The position numbers and the translations under genes were made by a program. Shown one piece after another: positions 1 to 8,028 of a stretch of DNA of 11,100 bases (the first letter of the stretch is position 1; the number at the start of each line of letters is the position of its first letter). The stretch lies in the UHGV virus genome UHGV-1789446; one strand, given 5' to 3'. The notes under the pieces were generated by a model. It saw nothing but the letters and a program-made list of their open reading frames with translations, had not been told where the DNA came from and made no database searches. This stretch comes from a virus.

Positions 1-902
1 ATATCACCCAGAGCCCCGCCGTTTTCCGGCTTGCCGCCCATCAACTGAAAGGGGATGCGGTGCGCATCCAGCAGGTCAGCGGCGCTGGCTTTTTTGATAT
101 TAAAAAAATCGTCCTTCGTTGCCACTTCACTGAGCGGGATAATTTTAATGCCGTCGGCTTTCCCCTGTGGGGCATAGAGAAACAGGTTTTTAAAGTTGTT
201 GCGGCCTTTCGACTTGACCATGTTTTCGCGAAGCATTTCGATATCGTTGCGATCCTGCACGGCATCGGTGACGTACATGATGTATCCGGCATGTGCGCCG
301 TTTTCGTAATACTTGCGGCGGAACAGCGTGGCCGACTCATTCAGCCAGGCAGAGTTAAGGGCGCTGAGATATTCCGGCAGGCCGTACAGCTCCTGATTAA
401 TATCAGGCTCCAGCAGGTGAAACACGGAGCCGGGCGCGAAGGCTGTCGGCTCGTTGAAGGACGGCACCCACCAGTAAACATCCTCCTCCACGCCACGGCG
501 GGTATATTTTGCCGGTGAGGTTTCCAGTCTGATGACCTTACCGGTGGTGCTGTAACGCTTTTCCAGAAACGCATTACCGAACACCAGAAAATCCAGCACA
601 AAGCGGCTGAAATCCTGCTGGGAAAGCCACGGGTGCGGGATAAACGTTGAAGCCAGAATATTACGTTTGACGTAAATCGGTGAGCTGTGATGCACGGCAG
701 CACGCAGGCTTTTTGCCAGACCGGTAAAGCTGACCGGTGGCTCATACCATCTGCCGTTACTGATGCACTCGACGTAATCCAGAATGTCACGGCGGTCGAG
801 TACCGGCACCGGCTCACCAAAGGTGAATGCCTCCATTTTCGGGGCGCTGGCAGTCATTGTTTTCACCGCTGGCTGCGGTGTTTTCCCTTTTTTCTTACTC
901 AT
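1..902 (-). CDS. Q: Portal (capsid portal vertex) protein gpQ, 3' end truncated by the window edge (about 300 codons present)
   Basis: Minus-strand ATG at 902..900 with GGAG about 8 nt upstream; its A is shared with the TGA stop of gene P (904..902). I translated this frame by hand from 902 to position 1 and found it open (MSKKKGKTPQPAVKTMTASAPKMEAFTFGEPVPVLDRRDILDYVECISNGRWYEPP ... RRGVEEDVYWW ... RIPFQLMGGKPENGGALGDI). It is not in the ORF track because it has no stop inside the window. The sequence resembles P2 gpQ as I recall it, and the position after P on the leftward strand fits P2. The track's minus ORFs 341..820 and 41..340 are in a different frame. Confidence 0.88.
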   Translation of the reverse strand, partial: MSKKKGKTPQPAVKTMTASAPKMEAFTFGEPVPVLDRRDILDYVECISNGRWYEPPVSFTGLAKSLRAAVHHSSPIYVKRNILASTFIPHPWLSQQDFSRFVLDFLVFGNAFLEKRYSTTGKVIRLETSPAKYTRRGVEEDVYWWVPSFNEPTAFAPGSVFHLLEPDINQELYGLPEYLSALNSAWLNESATLFRRKYYENGAHAGYIMYVTDAVQDRNDIEMLRENMVKSKGRNNFKNLFLYAPQGKADGIKIIPLSEVATKDDFFNIKKASAADLLDAHRIPFQLMGGKPENGGALGD

Positions 903-2674
903 CAGTAAAACTCCAGAATGGTGGATGTCAGCGGGGTGCTGATACCGGCGGTGAGTGGCTCATTTAACAGGGCGTGCATGGTCGCCCAGGCGAGGTCGGC
1001 GTGGCTGGCTTCCTCGCTGCGGCTGGCCTCATAGGTGGCGCTGCGTCCGCTGCTGGTCATGGTCTTGCGGATAGCCATAAACGAGCTGGTGATGTCGGTG
1101 GCGCTGACGTCGTATTCCAGACAGCCACGGCGGATAACGTCTTTTGCCTTGAGCACCATTGCGGTTTTCATTTCCGGCGTGTAGCGGATATCGCGCGCGG
1201 CGGGATAGAACGAGCGCACGAGCTGGAACACGCCGACACCGAGGCCGGTGGCATCAATTCCGATGTATTCGACGTTGTATTTTTCGGTGAGTTTGCGGAT
1301 GGATTCCGCCTGGGTGGCAAAGTCCATGCCTTTCCACTGGTGACGCTCAAGTATTCTGAATTTGCCACCGGCCACCACCGGCGGTGCCAGCACCACGCAT
1401 CCGGCGCTGTCGCCACGGTGTGACGGGTCGTAACCAATCCATACCGGGCGGGAGCCGAACGGATTGGCGGCAAACGGCGCATAGTCTTCCCATTCTTCCA
1501 GCGTGTCGACCATGCAGCGTTGCAGCTCCTCGAACGGGAACACCGACGCCTTGTCGTCAACAAATTCACACATGAACAGGTTTTTAAAATCGTCGGCGCT
1601 GTTTTCACGTTTGAGCTGCTCAATGTCGAACAGCGTGCAGCCGCCTTTCAGGGCGTCCTCAATGGTGACAATCTGCCGCCACTGGCCGTCCGCACAGAGA
1701 AGCCCACCGGCAAGGGCGTTATGACTGACGTCGATTTCCACGCGTTCGGCGGCGCTGGCGCGTCCCCGGTTAAACAGTTCACCCGACCAGAACGGGTAGG
1801 CGTCGTGCGCCAGCGTGGACGGGGTGGAGAAATAGGTCGAGCGCAGGTGACTCTGTGAGGCCATACCTGATGCCACCTTACGCAGTACCTGAAAATTCGG
1901 GATCCAGAAAATCTCGTCGACGTACAGGTCGCCGTTATGGCTCTGCGCGGTGTTGGAGTTGGTGCCGAGAAAAATCAGTTTTGCGCCGTTATTGCCCAGG
2001 ACAATCGGGTCACCGGTCAGGTCAACGTCAACCAGCCGGGCAAAGGCGATGATGTATTCGCGGAACACATACGCCTGCGTTTTACTGGCCGACAGAAAAA
2101 TCTGGTTATGACCGGTTTTCAGGGCGCGCAGCAGCGCCTCGCGGGAAAAATAAAACGTCGCGCCAATCTGGCGGGATTTCAGGATATCGCGGATGCGGTG
2201 CTCAAGCCCGGCGCGATACCAGTGCAACTGATATTCGAAAGACTGCTCAAAGAAAATCTGCTCCAGCTTTTCGATGGCCTCGTCACTGAAAAAATTCTTT
2301 TTCGGTTTGCGACGCCCGCCTTTGTTGCGGTTAGCGATGTTCGGATTAAGGTCTGCCTCGTTGCCGGTCTGGCTGTAGCGGTTGACCCGTGCCAGTCGTT
2401 CAATCTGGCGTCCCAGCAGGTCAATTTCCTTGAAGTCACCGCCGGTTTTCTGCGGTTTGATGATGAGCTGGGTCAGCCGCGCTTCCAGACTCATTTCGAC
2501 ACGGCTGATGGGGGCAACGCTGTCCCAGCCGTCGCGCTGTTTCCAGCTCTGCACCGTCGGGCGTTTCATCTGCAACATGGCGGCAATCTGCGGCACGGAA
2601 AACCCCTGCCAGTACAGCAGCGCCGCCTGACGACGCGGGTCGTGTAAAAGAGTGGTGTCTGTGGTGATGGTCAT
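902..2674 (-). CDS. P: Terminase large (ATPase/nuclease) subunit gpP
   Basis: Track ORF 902..2704 (-), trimmed to the internal Met at 2674..2672 (MTITTDTTLLHD...), which has a GAGG-type SD 5-6 nt upstream on the minus strand and gives 590 aa. Motifs read from the translation: KSRQIGAT (deviant Walker A-like), GDLYVDE (Walker B-like hhhhDE), and a C-terminal acidic nuclease-like region (WIGYDPSHRGDSAG ... IGIDATGLG). Confidence 0.92.
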   Translation of the reverse strand: MTITTDTTLLHDPRRQAALLYWQGFSVPQIAAMLQMKRPTVQSWKQRDGWDSVAPISRVEMSLEARLTQLIIKPQKTGGDFKEIDLLGRQIERLARVNRYSQTGNEADLNPNIANRNKGGRRKPKKNFFSDEAIEKLEQIFFEQSFEYQLHWYRAGLEHRIRDILKSRQIGATFYFSREALLRALKTGHNQIFLSASKTQAYVFREYIIAFARLVDVDLTGDPIVLGNNGAKLIFLGTNSNTAQSHNGDLYVDEIFWIPNFQVLRKVASGMASQSHLRSTYFSTPSTLAHDAYPFWSGELFNRGRASAAERVEIDVSHNALAGGLLCADGQWRQIVTIEDALKGGCTLFDIEQLKRENSADDFKNLFMCEFVDDKASVFPFEELQRCMVDTLEEWEDYAPFAANPFGSRPVWIGYDPSHRGDSAGCVVLAPPVVAGGKFRILERHQWKGMDFATQAESIRKLTEKYNVEYIGIDATGLGVGVFQLVRSFYPAARDIRYTPEMKTAMVLKAKDVIRRGCLEYDVSATDITSSFMAIRKTMTSSGRSATYEASRSEEASHADLAWATMHALLNEPLTAGISTPLTSTILEFY

Positions 2675-2847
2675 GAATACCTCGCCGTGATGAATACACG
2701 GCAAGGCTACTGAGTCGCGCCCCGCGATTCGCTAAGGTGCTGTTGTGTCAGTGATAAGCCATCCGGGACTGATGGCGGAGGATGCGCATCGTCGGGAAAC
2801 TGATGCCGACATGTGACTCCTCTAATCACTATTCAGGACTCCTGACA
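2675..2847. promoter_or_regulatory. Divergent P/O intergenic region, expected to carry the leftward (P-Q) and rightward (O...) late promoters
   Basis: A 173-nt non-coding gap between divergently oriented start codons (P at 2674, O at 2848). In P2 this interval holds the Ogr-activated late promoters for both operons (established knowledge). I could not find a perfect TGT-N12-ACA dyad; the nearest are TGT(2744)-N12-CCA(2759) and TGT(2812)-N12-CAC(2827). A short direct repeat GACTCCT occurs at 2815..2821 and 2837..2843. Confidence 0.5.
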
Positions 2848-3702
2848 ATGGCAAAAAAAGTCTCAAAATTCTTTCGTATCGGCGTTGAGGGTGACACCTG
2901 TGACGGGCGTGTCATCAGTGCGCAGGATATTCAGGAAATGGCCGAAACCTTTGACCCGCGAGTCTATGGTTGCCGCATTAACCTGGAACATCTGCGCGGC
3001 ATCCTGCCTGACGGTATTTTTAAACGTTATGGCGATGTGGCCGAACTGAAGGCCGAAAAGATTGACGATGATTCGGCGCTGAAAGGCAAATGGGCGCTGT
3101 TTGCGAAAATCACCCCGACCGATGACCTTATCGCGATGAACAAGGCCGCGCAGAAGGTCTACACCTCAATGGAAATTCAGCCGAACTTTGCCAACACCGG
3201 CAAATGTTATCTGGTGGGTCTGGCCGTCACCGATGACCCGGCAAGCCTCGGCACGGAATACCTGGAATTCTGCCGCACGGCAAAACACAACCCCCTGAAC
3301 CGCTTCAAATTAAGCCCTGAAAACCTGATTTCAGTGGCAACGCCTGTTGAGCTGGAATTTGAAGACCTGCCTGAAACCGTGTTCACCGCCCTGACCGAAA
3401 AGGTGAAGTCCATTTTTGGCCGCAAACAGGCCAGCGATGATGCCCGTCTGAATGACGTGCATGAAGCGGTGACCGCTGTTGCTGAACATGTGCAGGAAAA
3501 ACTGAGCGCCACTGAGCAGCGCCTCGCTGAGATGGAAACCGCTTTTTCCGCACTTAAGCAGGATGTGACTGACAGGGCGGATGAAACCAGCCAGGCATTC
3601 ACCCGCCTGAAAAACAGTCTCGACCACACCGAAAGTCTGACCCAGCAGCGCCGCAGCAAGGCCACCGGCGGTGGCGGTGACGCCCTGATGACGAACTGCT
3701 GA
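2848..3702 (+). CDS. O: Capsid scaffolding protein gpO
   Basis: Track ORF 2782..3702, trimmed to the ATG at 2848 (MAKKVSKFFRIGVEGDTCDGR...) with AGGA 9 nt upstream, giving 284 aa. The C-terminal half is rich in A/E/Q/L, consistent with a helical scaffold region. Confidence 0.9.
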   Translation: MAKKVSKFFRIGVEGDTCDGRVISAQDIQEMAETFDPRVYGCRINLEHLRGILPDGIFKRYGDVAELKAEKIDDDSALKGKWALFAKITPTDDLIAMNKAAQKVYTSMEIQPNFANTGKCYLVGLAVTDDPASLGTEYLEFCRTAKHNPLNRFKLSPENLISVATPVELEFEDLPETVFTALTEKVKSIFGRKQASDDARLNDVHEAVTAVAEHVQEKLSATEQRLAEMETAFSALKQDVTDRADETSQAFTRLKNSLDHTESLTQQRRSKATGGGGDALMTNC

Positions 3703-3760
3703 CCGGCGTCAGTCAGTCCGGGAAAACCTTCACGATTAACCCTTAATTTCAGGAAAAACT

Positions 3761-4834
3761 ATGCGCCAGGAAACCCGCTTTAAATTTAATGCCTACCTGT
3801 CCCGTGTTGCCGAACTGAACGGCATCGACGCCGGTGATGTGTCGAAAAAATTCACCGTTGAACCGTCGGTCACCCAGACCCTGATGAACACCATGCAGGA
3901 GTCCTCTGACTTTCTGACCCGCATCAACATTGTGCCGGTCAGCGAAATGAAAGGGGAAAAAATTGGTATTGGTGTCACCGGCTCCATCGCCAGCACCACC
4001 GACACCGCCGGTGGCACCGAGCGTCAGCCGAAGGACTTCTCGAAGCTGGCGTCAAACAAGTACGAATGCGACCAGATTAACTTCGATTTTTATATCCGCT
4101 ACAAAACGCTGGACCTGTGGGCGCGTTATCAGGATTTCCAGCTCCGTGTCCGTAACGCCATTATCAAACGCCAGTCCCTTGATTTCATCATGGCCGGTTT
4201 TAACGGCGTGAGGCGTGCCGAAACCTCTGACCGCAGCAGTAATCCGATGCTACAGGATGTGGCGGTCGGCTGGCTGCAGAAATACCGCAATGAAGCCCCG
4301 GCGCGCGTGATGAGCAAGGTCACTGACGAGGAAGGTCACACGACCTCTGAGGTCATCCGCGTGGGTAAGGGCGGTGATTATGCCAGCCTTGACGCACTGG
4401 TGATGGATGCGACCAACAACCTGATTGAGCCGTGGTATCAGGAAGACCCTGACCTTGTGGTGATTGTGGGACGTCAGCTACTGGCGGACAAGTATTTTCC
4501 CATCGTCAACAAGGAGCAGGACAACAGCGAAATGCTGGCCGCTGACGTCATCATCAGCCAGAAACGCATCGGTAACCTGCCGGCGGTACGCGTCCCGTAC
4601 TTCCCGGCGGATGCGATGCTCATCACGAAGCTGGAAAACCTGTCCATCTACTACATGGATGACAGCCATCGCCGCGTGATTGAGGAAAACCCGAAACTCG
4701 ACCGCGTGGAGAACTACGAGTCAATGAACATTGATTACGTGGTGGAAGACTACGCCGCCGGTTGTCTGGTGGAAAAAATTAAGGTCGGTGATTTCTCCAC
4801 ACTGGCTAAAGCGACCGCAGAGCCGGGAGCGTAA
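3761..4834 (+). CDS. N: Major capsid protein gpN
   Basis: Track ORF 3761..4834 (357 aa), AGGAAA SD 5-10 nt upstream of the ATG. Position directly after the scaffold gene and recognised as P2 gpN-like (MRQETRFKFNAYLSRVAELNGIDAGDVSKKF...). Confidence 0.93.
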   Translation: MRQETRFKFNAYLSRVAELNGIDAGDVSKKFTVEPSVTQTLMNTMQESSDFLTRINIVPVSEMKGEKIGIGVTGSIASTTDTAGGTERQPKDFSKLASNKYECDQINFDFYIRYKTLDLWARYQDFQLRVRNAIIKRQSLDFIMAGFNGVRRAETSDRSSNPMLQDVAVGWLQKYRNEAPARVMSKVTDEEGHTTSEVIRVGKGGDYASLDALVMDATNNLIEPWYQEDPDLVVIVGRQLLADKYFPIVNKEQDNSEMLAADVIISQKRIGNLPAVRVPYFPADAMLITKLENLSIYYMDDSHRRVIEENPKLDRVENYESMNIDYVVEDYAAGCLVEKIKVGDFSTLAKATAEPGA

Positions 4835-4837
4835 CCG

Positions 4838-5581
4838 ATGACGAGTCCCGCACAGCGCCACATGATGCGGGTCTCGGCAGCGATGACCGCGCAGCGGGAA
4901 GCCGCCCCGCTGCGACATGCAACTGTCTATGAGCAGATGCTGGTCAAGCTGGCCGCAGACCAGCGCACACTGAAAGCGATTTATTCAAAAGAGCTGAAGG
5001 CCGCGAAAAAACGCGAACTGCTGCCGTTCTGGTTGCCGTGGGTGAACGGCGTGCTGGAGCAGGGCAAAGGTGCACAGGATGACATTCTGATGACGGTCAT
5101 GCTGTGGCGTCTGGATACCGGCGATATTGCCGGCGCGCTGGAGATTGCCCGTTATGCCCTGAAGTACGGTCTGACCATGCCGGGTAAACACCGCCGCACC
5201 CCGCCGTACATGTTCACCGAGGAGGTCGCACTCGCGGCCATGCGCGCTCACGCTGCCGGTGAGTCTGTGGATCCCCGCCTGCTGACGGACACCCTCGAAC
5301 TGACCGCCACGGCTGACATGCCTGATGAAGTGCGCGCAAAGCTGCACAAAATCACCGGTCTGTTTCTGCGTGACGGTGGTGATGCCGCAGGGGCGCTGGC
5401 GCACCTGCAACGTGCGACACAGCTCGACTGTCAGGCAGGCGTCAAAAAAGAGATTGAACGACTGGAGCGGGAGCTGAAACCGAAGCCGGAGCCGCAGCCA
5501 AAAGCGGCCACCCGCACTCCGCGTAAGACCCGGAGCGTGACACCGGCAAAACGTGGACGCCCGAAAAAGAAAGCCAGTTAA
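4838..5581 (+). CDS. M: Terminase small (endonuclease) subunit gpM
   Basis: Track ORF 4838..5581 (247 aa), GGGAG SD 8 nt upstream, start 3 nt after the N stop. Ends in a basic, Pro-rich tail (KPKPEPQPKAATRTPRKTRSVTPAKRGRPKKKAS). Confidence 0.9.
   Translation: MTSPAQRHMMRVSAAMTAQREAAPLRHATVYEQMLVKLAADQRTLKAIYSKELKAAKKRELLPFWLPWVNGVLEQGKGAQDDILMTVMLWRLDTGDIAGALEIARYALKYGLTMPGKHRRTPPYMFTEEVALAAMRAHAAGESVDPRLLTDTLELTATADMPDEVRAKLHKITGLFLRDGGDAAGALAHLQRATQLDCQAGVKKEIERLERELKPKPEPQPKAATRTPRKTRSVTPAKRGRPKKKAS
5549..5572 (+). other. AT-hook-like motif (KRGRPKKK) within the basic C-terminal tail of gpM
   Basis: Codons AAA CGT GGA CGC CCG AAA AAG AAA at 5549..5572 encode K-R-G-R-P-K-K-K; R-G-R-P flanked by Lys/Arg is the core of the AT-hook minor-groove binding motif. 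This sub-feature lies inside the M CDS. Confidence 0.4.
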
Positions 5582-5611
5582 CAACCGAATGCGCCCCGCG
5601 CCAGGGCGGCA

Positions 5612-5651
5612 CGCCGGTCAGTGAGGGTGAATCACCTGACACTGCACCGGC
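5612..5651. other. Imperfect GC-rich inverted repeat / potential RNA hairpin in the M-L spacer
   Basis: Read directly from the sequence: CGCCGGTCAGTG (5612..5623) pairs with CACTGCACCGGCG (5639..5651), 12 bp with one bulged C at 5644. It encloses an inner palindrome GGTGA-A-TCACC (5626..5636). A TTTT run at 5666..5669 lies about 15 nt downstream, which is not a classical terminator arrangement. Confidence 0.5.
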
Positions 5652-5680
5652 GTCCACCGCCCGACTTTTCAGAGGTAGTC

Positions 5681-6190
5681 ATGATGACGCTGATTATTCC
5701 GCGAAAGGAGGCTCCCGTGTCCGGTGAGGGTACGGTGGTCATCCCGCAACCGGCAGGCGACGAGCCGGTGATTAAAAACACGTTCTTTTTTCCCGATATC
5801 GACCCGAAGCGCGTCCGGGAACGTATGCGCCTTGAGCAGACCGTCGCCCCCGCCCGTCTGCGTGAGGCCATCAAGTCAGGCATGGCGGAGACGAATGCGG
5901 AGCTGTACGAGTACCGCGAACAGAAAATTGCCGCCGGTTTTACGCGTCTGGCGGACGTCCCGGCGGACGACATCGACGGTGAAAGCATCAAAGTTTTTTA
6001 CTACGAGCGCGCCGTGTGTGCGATGGCGACCGCGTCGCTTTATGAGCGTTATCGCGGCGTGGATGCCAGTGCGAAAGGCGACAAGAAGGCCGACAGCATT
6101 GACAGCACCATTGATGAGCTGTGGCGGGATATGCGCTGGGCAGTGGCGCGCATCCAGGACAAGCCGCGCTGCATCGTGAGTCAAATCTGA
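5681..6190 (+). CDS. L: Head completion / stabilization protein gpL
   Basis: Track ORF 5621..6190, trimmed to the ATG at 5681 (MMTLIIPRKEAPVSGEG...) with AGAGG 5 nt upstream, giving 169 aa. The upstream in-frame extension overlaps the intergenic hairpin and has no RBS. Confidence 0.88.
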   Translation: MMTLIIPRKEAPVSGEGTVVIPQPAGDEPVIKNTFFFPDIDPKRVRERMRLEQTVAPARLREAIKSGMAETNAELYEYREQKIAAGFTRLADVPADDIDGESIKVFYYERAVCAMATASLYERYRGVDASAKGDKKADSIDSTIDELWRDMRWAVARIQDKPRCIVSQI

Positions 6191-6393
6191 TGAAGACCTT
6201 TGCGCTACAGGGCGACACGCTCGACGCCATTTGTGTCCGGTATTACGGGCGCACTGAGGGCGTGGTTGAGACCGTGCTCGCCGCAAATCCGGGACTGGCT
6301 GAACTGGGTGCGGTGCTGCCACACGGCACCGCCGTCGAACTGCCCGACGTTCAGACCGCGCCCGTGGCTGAAACTGTCAATCTGTGGGAGTAA
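6190..6393 (+). CDS. X: Tail protein X (small LysM-like protein)
   Basis: Track ORF 6121..6393, trimmed to the ATG at 6190 (MKTFALQGDTLDAICVRYYG...), 67 aa. The start shares one nucleotide with the L stop (TGA 6188..6190 / ATG 6190..6192). Confidence 0.85.
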   Translation: MKTFALQGDTLDAICVRYYGRTEGVVETVLAANPGLAELGAVLPHGTAVELPDVQTAPVAETVNLWE

Positions 6394-6396
6394 CGC

Positions 6397-6678
6397 ATGA
6401 CAGCAGAAGAAAAAAGCGTCCTGTCGCTTTTCATGATTGGGGTGCTGATTGTTGTCGGCAAGGTGCTTGCCGGTGGTGAACCCATCACCCCGCGTCTGTT
6501 TATCGGGCGCATGTTGCTCGGTGGTTTTGTCTCGATGGTTGCCGGTGTTGTTCTGGTGCAGTTTCCTGACCTGTCACTGCCTGCGGTGTGCGGTATCGGC
6601 TCCATGCTGGGTATCGCCGGTTATCAGGTGATTGAGATTGCCATTCAGCGCCGCTTTAAGGGCAGGGGGAAACCGTAA
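6397..6678 (+). CDS. Y: Holin gpY
   Basis: Track ORF 6397..6678 (93 aa), GGAG SD 8 nt upstream. Hydrophobic segments (SVLSLFMIGVLIVVGKVLAGG; LLGGFVSMVAGVVLV; AVCGIGSMLGIAGY) with a charged C-terminus (RRFKGRGKP), and it sits immediately before the endolysin gene. Confidence 0.88.
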   Translation: MTAEEKSVLSLFMIGVLIVVGKVLAGGEPITPRLFIGRMLLGGFVSMVAGVVLVQFPDLSLPAVCGIGSMLGIAGYQVIEIAIQRRFKGRGKP

Positions 6679-7175
6679 TGCCGGTAATTAACACGCACCA
6701 GAATATCGCCGCCTTTCTCGACATGCTGGCCGTGTCCGAAGGGACGGCGAATCATCCGCTGACGAAAAACCGGGGCTATGACGTGATAGTCACCGGACTG
6801 GACGGGAAGCCGGAAATTTTCACCGACTACAGTGACCACCCGTTCGCGCATGGCCGACCGGCGAAGGTGTTTAACCGTCGCGGTGAAAAATCCACGGCCT
6901 CCGGTCGCTATCAGCAGCTTTACCTGTTCTGGCCGCATTACCGCAAACAGCTTGCCCTGCCGGATTTCAGTCCGTTGTCACAGGACAGACTTGCCATTCA
7001 GTTGATCCGCGAACGCGGTGCACTGGATGACATCCGGGCGGGACGCATTGAGCGCGCCATTTCACGCTGTCGCAATATCTGGGCGTCCCTGCCGGGTGCC
7101 GGTTACGGTCAGCGTGAGCATTCACTGGAAAAACTGGTCACCGTCTGGCGTACCGCTGGCGGCGTACCGGCTTAA
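6678..7175 (+). CDS. K: Endolysin gpK (phage lysozyme family)
   Basis: Track ORF 6678..7175 (165 aa). The start ATG overlaps the Y stop (TAATG at 6676..6680). The N-terminal region contains the LDMLAVSEGT segment, consistent with a lysozyme-type catalytic Glu. Confidence 0.9.
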   Translation: MPVINTHQNIAAFLDMLAVSEGTANHPLTKNRGYDVIVTGLDGKPEIFTDYSDHPFAHGRPAKVFNRRGEKSTASGRYQQLYLFWPHYRKQLALPDFSPLSQDRLAIQLIRERGALDDIRAGRIERAISRCRNIWASLPGAGYGQREHSLEKLVTVWRTAGGVPA

Positions 7176-7189
7176 ACGGAGTAAACACC

Positions 7190-7615
7190 ATGAAGAAATT
7201 ATCCCTTTCACTGATGCTGAACGTGTCGCTGGCGCTGATGCTGGCACTGTCCCTGATTTACCCGCAGAGCGTGGCCGTCAGTTTTGTCGCCACCTGGGCG
7301 ATTCTGGCGACGGTTATCTGTGTGGTTGCCGGTGGTGTCGGCGTGTATGCCACTGAGTATGTGCTGGAACGCTACGGGCGGGAGCTGCCGCCGGAATCGC
7401 TGGCCGTGAAGATTGTCACGTCGCTGTTTTTGCAGCCGGTGCCGTGGCGCAGACGGGCGGCGGCTCTGGTGGTGATGGTGGCGACGTTTATCTCGCTGGT
7501 CGCTGCCGGGTGGATTTTTACCGCGCTGATTTATCTTGTGGCGTCGCTGTTTTTCCGGCTGATACGTAAAGCCTGTCGTCAGCGTCTTGAGGGGCGGGAA
7601 CCATGTCAAAGCTGA
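7190..7615 (+). CDS. lysA: Lysis accessory membrane protein LysA
   Basis: Track ORF 7190..7615 (141 aa), GGAG SD 8 nt upstream. Several hydrophobic helices are evident. It sits between the endolysin and the spanin genes. Confidence 0.85.
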   Translation: MKKLSLSLMLNVSLALMLALSLIYPQSVAVSFVATWAILATVICVVAGGVGVYATEYVLERYGRELPPESLAVKIVTSLFLQPVPWRRRAAALVVMVATFISLVAAGWIFTALIYLVASLFFRLIRKACRQRLEGREPCQS

Positions 7616-8028
7616 TGATTGTGCTGGTTGTGTTGTTATCACTGGCGGTGGCCGGTCTGTTTCTGGTGAAACACAAAAATGCCAGCCTGCGCGCCTCGCT
7701 GGACAGGGCGAACAGCGTCGCCAGTGAACAGCAGACGACCATCACCATGCTGAAAAATCAGCTTCATGTTGCCATCACCAGGGCAGACAAAAACGAGCTG
7801 GCGCAGGTGGCACTGCGTCAGGAACTGGAGAACGCCGCGAAGCGTGAAGCACTGCGCGAGAAAACCATCACGAGGTTACTTAATGAGAACGAAGATTTTC
7901 GCCGCTGGTACGGTGCTGACCTGCCTGATGCTGTGCGCCGGTTGCACCAGCGTCCGGCCTGCACCGACGCCAGTGATTGTCGCCAACGCCTGCCCGAAAG
8001 TGAGCCTTTGCCCGATGCCGGGCAGTGA
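7603..8028 (+). CDS. lysB: Inner-membrane spanin component LysB (Rz-like)
   Basis: Track ORF 7603..8028 (141 aa), GAGGGG SD 8 nt upstream, overlapping the lysA 3' end by 13 nt. It has an N-terminal transmembrane segment (LMIVLVVLLSLAVAGLFLV) followed by a charged, helix-prone region (...ELAQVALRQELENAAKREALREK...). Confidence 0.85.
   Translation: MSKLMIVLVVLLSLAVAGLFLVKHKNASLRASLDRANSVASEQQTTITMLKNQLHVAITRADKNELAQVALRQELENAAKREALREKTITRLLNENEDFRRWYGADLPDAVRRLHQRPACTDASDCRQRLPESEPLPDAGQ

Noticed and set aside
41-820. Minus-strand ORFs 341..820 (159 aa) and 41..340 (99 aa), plus plus-strand ORF 60..518 (152 aa), in the leftmost 900 nt
   Set aside because: The portal gene Q occupies this region in a different minus-strand frame, which I translated by hand from 902 to position 1 without a stop. 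These ORFs are out-of-frame or antisense and Cys/Arg-rich, so they are artefacts.
1937-2647. 236-aa plus-strand ORF (also 974..1423 at 149 aa, 1520..1858 at 112 aa, and several smaller ones) lying antisense within gene P
   Set aside because: Entirely inside the well-supported 590-aa terminase gene on the opposite strand, with no RBS context and an Arg/Gly/Ala-heavy composition typical of antisense frames in GC-rich coding DNA.
2675-2704. N-terminal extensions in the ORF track: P from 2704, O from 2782, L from 5621, X from 6121, lysC from 7766
   Set aside because: In each case an internal ATG with a good SD gives a product that begins like the P2 protein I recall and matches its length (590, 284, 169, 67, 96 aa). 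The extensions lack an RBS and run into the upstream gene or an intergenic hairpin.
2852-2858. Homopolymeric A7 run at the start of O, and A7/T7 runs at 103..109 inside Q, as possible slippage or phase-variation sites
   Set aside because: They encode Lys-Lys or Phe-Phe in frame within conserved proteins. There is no alternative frame with a meaningful product and nothing to suggest programmed frameshifting here; the known P2 frameshift is in E/E', outside this window.
3703-3760. Possible short hairpin (CCGG ... CCGG) in the O-N spacer
   Set aside because: Only about 4 bp of complementarity, which is too weak to call a structure; the spacer is adequately explained by the N ribosome-binding site (AGGAAA).
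4985-5584. 199-aa minus-strand ORF antisense to gene M (and 3207..3665, 152 aa, antisense to O)
   Set aside because: Antisense to strongly supported late genes, low-complexity Arg/Gly-rich translations, and no plausible start context.
7208-7642. 144-aa minus-strand ORF antisense to lysA/lysB (His/Arg/Gln-rich); similar cases at 5876..6322 (-), 5632..5991 (-) and 7018..7356 (+)
   Set aside because: Antisense or out-of-frame overlaps with the lysis and L/X genes, with highly biased low-complexity composition; no independent support.
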